Source: an uncultured Clostridia bacterium (GTDB lineage Bacteria; Bacillota; Clostridia; Christensenellales; UBA1242). Taken from it: DNA of 64,000 nt. Below are positions 10,882 through 21,600 of the stretch, piece after piece. Location of the stretch: assembly GCA_944381175.1 (NCBI GenBank), contig CALWKD010000017.1, forward strand, positions 25,952-89,951, given 5' to 3'. Below the pieces are notes generated by a model. That model saw only the letters and a program-made list of their open reading frames with translations. It ran no database searches and was not told the DNA's origin. The position numbers and the translations under genes are program-made. Position 1 is the first letter of the stretch. Every line of letters starts with the position of its first letter.

Positions 10882-11304
10882 TCAACTTTTAAAAATTGCA
10901 CGCAAAATAATACCAAAAACGAAAGAAACGGTCGCCAAAAAACAACTCCTGAGCACCAACAACCCAAAAGTTCTCCTGCTCTTTTTTGTGTCCGCAACAA
11001 AGGTCTGCCCGCATTTTTTTAAAGTTACGCAATAAAAATATCCATTCTTTCCGTCGGAAACGACAAACTCAAGATAATTGTTGTTGAGGAGCGACACCAT
11101 AATCTCATCAATTTCTTCCACTGAAACAATGTATTTTTTTGCCAAAACCTGTGCAATCTCTTGAGGCGAAATCAAATAGGTCTTGTTCCTTTGACATTTG
11201 TTGCATAAATACGACATAACCATTCTTTCTTTTTTTGTCATATCAAAATAAGTTTCTCCCATTTTCGCCAAAACATACAACCTTACAGGTATATTGTTTT
11301 GCAA
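10882..11304 (-). CDS. hypothetical winged-helix-like protein with a C-terminal transmembrane anchor (paralog A)
   Basis: The start is uncertain: TTG at 11304, ATG at 11262 or ATG at 11241. It has an N-terminal about 90-aa HTH-like region ([29 protein letters not shown]), a basic linker (KKSRRTF), and one C-terminal TM helix. Confidence 0.45.
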   Translation of the reverse strand: MQNNIPVRLYVLAKMGETYFDMTKKERMVMSYLCNKCQRNKTYLISPQEIAQVLAKKYIVSVEEIDEIMVSLLNNNYLEFVVSDGKNGYFYCVTLKKCGQTFVADTKKSRRTFGLLVLRSCFLATVSFVFGIILRAIFKS

Positions 11305-11322
11305 GAATGGAAAAATAGAACT

Positions 11323-11706
11323 ATGATAGACACAAAGTCAAAACTTATCCTGAGCATCCTCGCCAAAGAATGTGGAAATGGGAATTACCGCATAATTGAG
11401 GTGTCGGACATAATTTTGTCTCTGCCAAGACATTTTCGGATGGACAGCGAAGCGGTCAAGCACATTTTGACCTACCTTGAGAGGCAGGACATAATCTCAA
11501 TCAAATATGACGACGGCGGAACATATTGCATCGCGGTTTTGCCATATGGCTTTGAGATTTTGGAGTCGGACAAATCAAAATTTCCAAAAATAAAACAAGA
11601 GCGGAGGAGAATAAATTTTTGGTATATTTTTCTTGTATTTATTGCATCATTTTTGGGTGCATTTTTGGGAATAATAATAAGTTTTTATTTAATAAAATTA
11701 TTTTAA
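11323..11706 (+). CDS. hypothetical winged-helix-like protein with a C-terminal transmembrane anchor (paralog B)
   Basis: The ATG at 11323 gives MIDTKSKLILSILAKECG. It has the same architecture as the divergent neighbour: an HTH-like N-domain, a basic linker (KIKQERRRINF), and a C-terminal TM helix (WYIFLVFIASFLGAFLGIIISFYLI). Confidence 0.45.
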   Translation: MIDTKSKLILSILAKECGNGNYRIIEVSDIILSLPRHFRMDSEAVKHILTYLERQDIISIKYDDGGTYCIAVLPYGFEILESDKSKFPKIKQERRRINFWYIFLVFIASFLGAFLGIIISFYLIKLF

Positions 11707-11802
11707 AAAATTAAATTAAAAATAATAAAATCTTCCATAATATCGAATTTATAGCATTTTTTAATTTTATTTTTTGTTTTTTATTTTTAATTTTCCAAAA
11801 TA

Positions 11803-11838
11803 ATAATTAAAAAATAAAGGGTTGCAAAGTGCAACCCT
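11803..11838 (-). terminator. rho-independent terminator downstream of radC paralog 2 and the giant gene
   Basis: Stem AGGGTTGCA (11818-11826) / TGCAACCCT (11830-11838). On the minus strand it is followed by TTTATTTTTTAAT. Confidence 0.55.
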
Positions 11839-11847
11839 CTATTTCTT

Positions 11848-12603
11848 TTATTTCATCACATTTTTTAATGCGGTTTTAAGTTGGTCAATGTCATAATAAG
11901 TCCTGACCAGTTTGTCGTCTCTTTGACTGTAAACTCCATCTTCTCCGACAATATATGAGTCGATAAAATTCACACCGCAGGTGGTGCAAATGCTTTCCAC
12001 CAATTTAAACGCCTCGCCGTCGCTTGAGGATGGAGTTGCTCTGCCATAAGGGTGACAGTGAGCAATGACCAAAGACGCTGGTTTTGCAGATGCAATGAAA
12101 TTTGTAAGGTCAAGGACGGAGATACTCACAGAAGACGAGTCCTTGTTTGAGATTCTTCTTTTATGAGTGATGATATTCCCAGCACTGATAGCCAGCAAAA
12201 TCATATTTTCGCTTGTCCTAAACCTGAGGCAATCTTCAATGACGCTGATGATTTCAGCCTTGCAATTGACGACATACTTTCTTCCCATTTTGGCAGTTGC
12301 GTAATAGTAAAACAATTCTCCAAACATAGAAATCATCTTTGCGGACCTGTCGTTTATTCCAGAAACGGACTTCAGGTCATTGATGTCTGCCTCAATAATT
12401 TGAGTGAAAGTCTCAAATCTTTCAAGGAGCCTGTGAGCCAGCGGATTTGTGTCACCACGAGGAAAGATGTAGGAGAGGAAAAACTCCACAACTTGCACAT
12501 CACTCATCGCATCGACGCCAGCGTTGACCGCCAAATCGGTCAGCCTTTTTCGATGTCCTTCGTGAATATTTTTCTCTTCAATTTTCAATTTCTTTTTCTC
12601 CAC
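11848..12603 (-). CDS. radC: RadC-family JAB/MPN domain protein (paralog 2)
   Basis: Contains HEGHRKRL...EFFLSYIFPRGD...SGINDRSAKM and the JAMM motif AHCHPYGRATPSSSD. The track ORF starts at the TTG at 12615. I prefer the GTG at 12603, which lies 5 nt after GGAGG (12613..12609). The giant gene's stop codon is at 12620..12618. Confidence 0.75.
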   Translation of the reverse strand: MEKKKLKIEEKNIHEGHRKRLTDLAVNAGVDAMSDVQVVEFFLSYIFPRGDTNPLAHRLLERFETFTQIIEADINDLKSVSGINDRSAKMISMFGELFYYYATAKMGRKYVVNCKAEIISVIEDCLRFRTSENMILLAISAGNIITHKRRISNKDSSSVSISVLDLTNFIASAKPASLVIAHCHPYGRATPSSSDGEAFKLVESICTTCGVNFIDSYIVGEDGVYSQRDDKLVRTYYDIDQLKTALKNVMK

Positions 12604-12617
12604 AATTTCCTCCAAAA

Positions 12618-15600
12618 TTAAGTTGTCACATTCCCGCCACCAACAAAGGTGATTTGTCCAGCAGAGTTAACCGTCTCACCGCTCGTCCAGCCAACATAGG
12701 CCCATTGCTGGTTTGAAACAACGTGATATGACCAGTAGAATGGACCAAACCATTGTCTAACAATTATATGTCCATAAAGATATATTTCTTTTGCATGTGT
12801 CGAAACTCCTTCCCCAGATCCTGAAACGCCTCCAACACTAGAATAATTTACATCACTCGTACTCGTGCTGTTAATTGACCAATAATTTTTTATTGAGTCT
12901 TCATAAGATCCATAATCATTTCGGGTATGTCCCGATTGTCCTATATTACAGTAATTATTAAGCAATGCCCCAAAGAATGCAAAATAACCCGCACCCTCAT
13001 CATTGCATTTTTTATCAAAATAATTTTTGCCATTTGAGCCATTTACACCTGTGGTTCCGCTGTTTCCAGATGTATAAATAGTGAAATTATTATAGTCACT
13101 GCCAGTAATCCTTCCAAATCCACCAACACCAGGATTTCCTGCTGATTGAGTTTGAGAGGTTGAGGTATGTGTCGAGGTTCCACTTCCAGCCGCACCAGCT
13201 CGTCCTCCTCCCAAGGCAACACTTCTGTTGTTGAAAGTTCCATTTGCTCCATCACCACCATAACCACCAATTGCTGACTGTCCGCTCATAATAATTGAAC
13301 CATTTTTCTCAGTTCCAGAAGCAACTCCTCCGCTTGCAGCACTAGAACCATTTCCACCTGACTTAGCCTCTCTATCCTTTTTGGTTGCATTTTCAACTTC
13401 AGGTCTAAGATCTCCATATTTATAGTCATCGCTGACAACATTATAGGTTTTCTCCCCATTGTTACCTTTAACCGAATCACCCGCGACAATAACAACTTTA
13501 TCGTTATCGTCCAGATCTCTTGACATAAAATCAACAGTAAATTTGTTTCCATTGCTTCCTTTGTACTCACCATTTTCACCATATTGCGCATTGTTGAGTC
13601 CGATCATTGAGGCATTATTTTCTATTGAAGTTGTTCCAGTCCCAGTCTTTGTTTCATAGTCAACATAAATTTCCCCATTGATGCTACTGCTATTGTATGC
13701 AACATTTCTTATAGTTCCAAACAATTTGACATTTTCAATTGTTACTCCTGTCGAAATGCTCCCAGCAAAAAGACCATTCACACCATCTCCGCCAGCATTT
13801 TGAGCAGTAAAAATTGTATTCTTGACAAATGTATTTGAGATTTCTTCAAAGATTGAGTCTCTTGAAGAAATAAACTTGACGATATAATCTCTTCCAACAA
13901 TATTTTTTTCAAGCGTCGATTGTGTGGCATCTCCCATACTTATATCGGCATCGAGCAGAGCAATGTCCGCTGTTTTGACTTCAGACGAATCTGCCGTAGC
14001 ACACGTAATATTTTTGCTTTTTGTCGCAGACCATCTCACTTGATAATCTCCAGGAGAAGATAATATTATTTCCGAATGATCAACTGTGGTAGTTTCACCA
14101 TTGACTGTATACTCAATTTGAGCCTCTCCGCTCTCAATTGAATCAACTCTTACCTTCACAGATTCAGGGTTTCCAATGAAAATCTCCAGCCTCATAGTTT
14201 GAGATGTTTCTTGATCCTCGAATAATTCCCCTCTAATGAACAACTCGTCCTGATTATAATCATTCTTTTCAAACCATACTTGACCTTCATCTTCGTCAAA
14301 TCCAATTGAGATGACATCCACCTTAAGGGTATATCTGTCGAGCAATTCCTGTTCTGTTGGCATACCTGTTCTTTCATTAAAAGTATCTGTCTCTAAAGTT
14401 CCGTCAACAACTTTGTTTATTTCTTTATATCCTGGACCTGCACCTTCCCATTCAATGGTAGCGGTTTGCTCCGCTCCATTATCATCAGTGTAATGAATTT
14501 CATTTTTACCATCACTAATCGCCTTTGGTAAATAAACATAATAGTATTCATTTACACCCCCAATAGGTGTGGTTGCAGAAAAGTCTAGTTCAATAAATCC
14601 ATTTTCCCAAATTGTGTAAGAATATGTATAAACATATGTTATATCATTAATTGACATTAAAATTGTCTTTTCTGTCGTAACATACGATATTTCTCCATCA
14701 TCAGGATAATACATAATTGTTCCAGTTCCTTGTGTGACCGTATAGGAAATATTTGTAGCATCCTCTTCTTCCAGTATCTTACTGCTCACAGACAAATCAA
14801 TTGAAGCGTGATCTTCAGTTTGGCTTGTCAAAAGATCAAACTCCTCACGACCATAGTTGCTTGTGAGCTTCTGATAGGATAATGTATCACCACCCTCGAG
14901 GTTAAACACAAAATTATTTGATGCGAATGCCCCACCATAATAAATCGTTTCTATTGTTTCTCCACTCGAAATCTCAAATTTGACTGCATCACTTGAACCA
15001 ATTTGGCTTTGATTCACAGTTCCAGTGATTCCATATTTGAAAGTTACATCAATATCTCTAAATCCAAGATTATCAAAAGACACCCCTTCCAAAGCAATTT
15101 CATGAACATTAACACCATCAGAGTTTGTAATGCCTTCAAAATTGGTTCCAACGAAATCCACTCTCCAGCCACCAGTCACATTCTGCAATGTGAAGTCTGT
15201 GCTAGGACTTCTGACGCCATCCGTAATCGTGACCAACCCGCCAAAAATTGTGCTGACACTTGATCCAAGACTGCCAGGAATTTCATTTGAGGTTGTGTAA
15301 TATACGTCAGACTTTGTGTAAATAGTTGAAGCCTTACCTGAAATGTTTTCAAAATAACGTTCAACATTGCTGCTTATAAATCTAAAACTAATAATGTCTT
15401 CATCTGTATTTGTCGTAATTTCCACTCCAACATCATCAGTGTCAAATTTGAAATCACTTCCATCCCAAGAAACTGCGAGTTTTGAAAAACCCTCTTCATT
15501 TAATATATAAACAAAAGGATTTTCTCTGTATCCGTCAAGCCCCGCAACTCCACTGAAGAAATCATCATACGAGATTTGATATTCTGTGTCAGAAATCTGT

Positions 15601-18600
15601 GTAAATTCGCTTAGGCTTGGCAAAGTTTGACTCAAAGTGTTTGTTGTATAATTTCTGAAAGTATATGTCCACGAGTCTGTTCCACTTGTTATTTCTGCAA
15701 TTTCTTGAGAAGCTGACTCTCCGTCACCTGTCCAAACTGCAATATTTCCATTGACTGAAACTTCAGTTGTTTCCGTGATATCAAACGCAATCTGCCTGCC
15801 ATTCAACATCTCTTCTGTCACACCAGACAAATCTTCAAAGCCGATAATCAGATCATTCCCTTCCGATATCACTGATGTTGATGTATATTCAACCTCTTCA
15901 GTTTCTATTGTGGCATTGTTTATTTTGACATTTTCACCAAGCAAATATTCCCTAGTTTCTGAGTCTACTTTCGTCAAATCAATGGTTATTGAGTTTCCAT
16001 TCAAAATTGTGTTATTTTGCACAATGGTAAACTCCAGCAACTTACTTTGATAAGAGAATTCCACAGAGATGTTTTGATTCACCTCTTCTGAGAAATACAA
16101 AACTGGTCCATTTTCGTCGTCACTTGAAGAGTGAACAAGTTTCACCTTATTATTGTCCTTGTCTTTTATGATGGCAAATTCAACAAATTGTGGAGACGTT
16201 CCTCCAACAAATGAGAAACTATCCTTCGTAATTGCATTCCAATCAATTTCATCTCCATCTCCTGCAACAGAAAACTCTATTGTCTCAATTTCTGCAATAT
16301 ATGGAGACAAAATTGTCAACAAATTGCTTGAAGTTTTCGCAACACCAACAGCATCTCCATTGACATTGATAACTTGAAGTTCCTCTGCACTGCCACTCTC
16401 AAAAGCAGAATCTATCTCTGCAATTTTTGAGTTTACAAAATCAGATATGGAAGAACCCAAAGAGTCATCTGTGGCACTTGAAAGCGTGGTCATTGAGGTG
16501 TCACCTGGGACTTCTTCACCCAAGATATAAGCATAATTGTTCAGCCTCTGAAGCACTCTGTCGTAACCATCGAGGTTAGCGTTTTCACTTCCCCACCATC
16601 TTCCAAGGATTGATGAAGCATAATAATCAACGCTTGCTTCCATTTTGTATTGATAGTCAGTAAAATTCGTTCTAGGATCTCCGTGATATCCAGCATAATC
16701 AATTTCCGAAGTTGTCGATAATGAGTCTAATGTGTCTGAAACATCAAAACTTCCAATAAAATATCCATCTTCGATTAAAGCACCCCACCAAGATTTAACT
16801 TGATCACTGTTCTCATTGACCCCTGTAAGCAAATTGTACCTATCGCCAGCTGGTTTGGTTCTTGTCGTAATAAACTTATAAAATGGATGGTATGTGCTCA
16901 ATCTACGATTTATCGTTTCAATTGAATAAACTCTTGCAGGGAAACCATAGGAATCATAACCGCTAATATACAAGCCTGTTTCTTCACCTATTTTATCCTT
17001 ATCTATACGCTTGCTTTCCAACTCGTTTGGTCTCTGGAAATTCGCTATATAATCCTCAGAAAATTTGTTTTCAAATTTTGCCTCATACATCCATTTGTCG
17101 TCACTATCTTGAACATTATCAATCATCATATTTCTGTCAAAAATCATATAACTGATTACTTCTATTTCTCCAACATTTCCGTCGTTTTTAACATTGTTTG
17201 TTGAAGAGATATTTGTGTCACCAATTTCTCCATTTTCTGCAAAGCCAAGACCAAATGCATTAACAAAACGATTGTCACCTGGATTGTAATACATATAAAT
17301 TTTCATTGCAAAATATCCAGACTGAGCTCTATAGGCAGTCTCTTTAAGGCTTCCGCTGATGTCATCAACTAAAATATAATAATCTCTGTCTTCTTTCCCG
17401 AGGGCTTGGACTGGTCCGTCGTTGACACAACCTGTCATTGTTACATTTTGTGCGTAACCAACGATTCCTCCAGCATACGCATAACTTTCACTCTCGTAAG
17501 TGCCAGAGCCCACAAGTGACGCATTGTAAGAGTTTGAAATTTTAACTCCCGAACCTTCATCTCCAGTGGCGTATCCAACAACTCCACCAGACACAACATT
17601 GATTTTTGATGTCTTGCTCGTGCCAAAGTTGCTGAGAACTGAGTTTCCATTGTAAGAATTTTCAATGGTTGACCCACTTACAGCCATTCCGACAACTCCA
17701 CCTGTGATTGCCTTCAGGCTTTCAGATGTCTCTTGAAGTGTTGGCGTCATACTCGAAGAAAATCTCATTGGTGTTATTTTCTGATCCAAGCTTCCAGCGC
17801 TACTGCTTGGATTGTTCATCAAAATTCCATTGTTTACAGCATAATTTATGCTTCCACCAAACCATCCAACAACACCACCAATGATTGCAACACCAGAACC
17901 ATTTGTGATGTTTACCAAACTCTCAAGATTCTCACCAGTATATTCAGTGGCATCTCCTCTTTTGTAAAGTATGCCAGCAATTCCTCCAACTGTTTGCCCG
18001 CTTGAGCCTACTGCACTTATGTCTCCAACGGCAGTTATATTCGACAGTCTTCCGTGAACAATGTTTGCAAGAAGTCCAACAGAAGTCGCTCCAGATTCAA
18101 CATTTCCATTGACGAGCCTCAGGTTTTGAATTGTGCCATAAACTTCACCAAACACACCTGATGTCATTGCGACACCGCTCAAATTTATGGTGTTTCCGCC
18201 ACCATCCAAAACAAAATCTTTGTCTTCTGCACCAATATTTGTACCCGCATTGAAACTCACACTATCACTCAGATCAAAGCCATACCTAAGGACAAATTTG
18301 TAGTCCATATCATAATCTGCCACAGCAACAGTTTCAACCATTTGGTCAAATTTCCCAACACTTGGAACGCCAAGATACCAAGAGTCAAACCTGTCTTGAT
18401 ATCCTATAATTTCATCTCCGTCAGTAATTACATCAACGACAACAAGTTCTGCGTAAGGAACAATTTTGTATTCCTTCTCTTCATCAACCGAAGTCTCCGT
18501 CTCATCATCAACTCCAGCATCCTCTCCACTGCCCGTGTCACCAGTGTCGACATCCGTTCCGTCAGAATCTTCGCTGGTTGAGGTGTAAACATAAGTGGTG

Positions 18601-21600
18601 GAATTTTTTAAGTATCCAAACGCGTGAGATGCATAACCATAGTTTGTCAAGCGGGAGAAATACCAAACATTATATCCGCCATTTGTTGTCTCATATCGAC
18701 CTTCACCAATCTCGGTCACAGCATCTGTGTCATCTTCCGAATCCTCGGTCTCAGGTCTTAAAGTGATTGAATTTATGGAATATCTCTCACCATTGCCATA
18801 AGAAATGGACAATTCTTCGCTTGACTTGTATCCCAAATCTGATTCTGTATCTGTAAGATCAGTTGCACCATCAGCATTCGCTGTTCCATTGATAACTTGT
18901 CTTCCAATGTTAACATTCCCCGATGTTATTGTTCCATTTCCTGCAAAGTAAATCCCACAAGAAAATGTTGTATCCCCACTCAGCACATCATTTCTTTCAA
19001 CTTGTGTAATTGAATAGCAATCTTCCAACGTTCTAACTGCATTTGTTGTTGAAGAATCACTGCCAGCAACTGCATAGGCAAATGTGTAAACATTAACATC
19101 GACATAAGTGGTTATTTTTCCAGAAGAGTATGTCGCCTTAACCATAGAACTAAGTTGATTCATATTTGCAATGCCAGAAACAACGCCTAATGTTGATGCA
19201 CCATAACTGATGTCAGCATCTTCATAACATTGTGCAACAAGCCCTTGTCTCAAATCTCCGACAATACCTGCCACACGAATATTTGCATCTCCACCGACAT
19301 ACATCTCACCTTTGACGCCGACGCCATAGATAAAGGAATTGCCAGTTGCATAACCAACGACGCCACCATAAGCATTTGTTAGCCTATTACTTATATTTGT
19401 TGTTGTTTCAAGGTTTACGATAAGTCCAGAGACGAGACTGAAATTTGGAGTATTTGTCCCTGTTGACGAATAGTCAACACCCATTCTGTCAACTATTCCT
19501 CCTTTGTAAACCACACTGCTACTTTCAATATTTTCATCTTCATCAACACTCTTTCGTGTTATCGTCCTGCCATTTCCGACAATTGCGAAGTTTGTTCCGT
19601 CAGAAGCAATAGAATTTGAAATCTCAAGATTTGCCTCCCCGACAAGCCCGTCGTCAGTGATTGCAACCCAACTGATTCCATTTGTGCTTCCAGAAACGAC
19701 TTTGCTTCCGTCTTCATTTTCCGAATCTATTTGAATATCTTTGTTTCCTTCAGAAATCATGTAAGGGTTGAGTTTTTGTCCGATTTCAGCACCATTAAGA
19801 TTGATAAATTCTGCCAATGAACTGCTCCCCAACAAAGTCAATATGTCATCAGCATAGAGAGATGTCACATCACTCGTCGAATAGAGCAAAGATGTGTAAC
19901 CAGAGAAATTTCCGACTCCATATCCACAATCTTGATTTGGAATCTCTCCACTTTCTTGAGGACTTGAACCTTCATTTTGGAAAGTCATTGTAACGATTGA
20001 GGAGTATTTGTTTCCTGAGTAATTTACGCTGTCTGCATTTGCACCCACAATTGCTCCAACATCTGACAATTCATTTGAAGTTTCATTTGTTCTGTTAAAG
20101 TTTGTGAGCAATGAGAAGCAGTTCTCGATGTTCAATCCGCTTTGTGCTGAGCCAACAATGCCACCAAAAACATAGTTGTCCAGTTGAACATTTTGATAAG
20201 TCCCGCCAACATATTCTGGATAGATGACAAACACATCACCATACGCCAAAGAGTTTGAGATTGTTGCAGAGGTCAACTCAGGAACTGCGCCATCCGCTCC
20301 ACTTGTCCAACTAAACTCTCCCACAACACCACCAGCAGTGACTTTTGCACTGTCCGAAGCGAGAATTCTGAATGTTCCACCAAAGACAAAACTATTTATA
20401 TTAATTGTGTTTGAGATTTCGGCTGAAATTCGACCAAACGCTCCACCATAAATTGAGTGAGCATTTGAAGAGATAATGCTTCCAGTATAGTTGTAACTGC
20501 CACCTGCAGAACCAACTTCAAATGACAATTCCGTGCCTGTGGTTACATCGATGTCTCCCACAACACCGCCAAGGTAAGCATTTGACGTCTTTGCTCCACT
20601 TGTTCCTATCCCATTGACATAAATATTTGTCGAGTTTGAAATCACTCCGCCAATGGTGACAGAACTGTCAACAACTTTTCCTGCAAGAGCAGAAATTGAA
20701 GTGTATATTGTTTTTGTCGTTTCTGAACTTCCAGTGCTTTCAGAATTGTATGTGTCAACAACCAGATTCCCTCCTATGTCGCAATTTCCAGCCATTGACA
20801 AACTTCCGCCATTTGAATAACCAACCACAGCGCCAACACTGTTGTCAATTCCGCCACCCAAACAGAAGGCACTCTCACTTGCCGAGTATTCAAATTGGTT
20901 TGTCGCAAGTTCATTCACATATTTTTCATAATTTGAAACTCCATCGGAATCGGTTTCATAATCAAACAGTCCAGCACCAGCGACATCAAACTTCATCCTG
21001 AGCCCATCGATATTCACAATTCCACTTGCTCTTCCAACAAGCCCGCCGATGTTTGCATTTTCAGCATAGCCACCATTTTGAACTAATTTTCCAAGTATCC
21101 ACGCATTTGGTGCATCATCAAATGAGAAATTGATTGTCGAACGACTTTCTCCGAAAGCAAGTCCAGCATAAAGATTCCCAATAATTCCATTTTGCTCAAT
21201 TGTAAGTCCAGTGCCGTCTGCCCCGTCCGTTTCGCGTTCAACAAAATTTATCTCGTCAGCACCATTAAGTCTGCCCACAAAACCTCCAATATAGAGGTTT
21301 GGAATTTGACTAGTTCCACTTCCCAAAGAAATCTTAAGGTTTATTCCATTCAATTGGTTTACACCAAGAGTAGACTTTGCCATTCCAGTCTTACTTATCT
21401 CTCCAGCAAACAAGCCAGCATAGAAATATGTGCTTGACGAACTTGTTGAAAAATCAAATTCAATGTCAATTTCCGCATCATCACTTGAATCAACGCCAAA
21501 TCTTGAGATATTGATTTCGCTGACGGTCATCTGAGAGAATGCTGATGCTTGTCTGATTCTTCCAGCAAGCAGTCCAACATACACCTCTCCAGCAGTGCCA

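Noticed and set aside
11707-11847. The A/T-only spacers could be a CRISPR array, tandem repeat array or MITE.
   Set aside because: There is no regular repeat-spacer periodicity and no terminal inverted repeats or target-site duplications that I could find. The similarity is limited to short words (see the finding at 47959-48083).
1880-12615. The inverted radC paralogs could be the ends of an invertible or mobile 10.7-kb segment.
   Set aside because: The nucleotide identity between the two copies is only moderate (about 60% by eye over the best region), with no long identical stretch to support recombination. The enclosed genes are core housekeeping genes (uvrA, uvrB).
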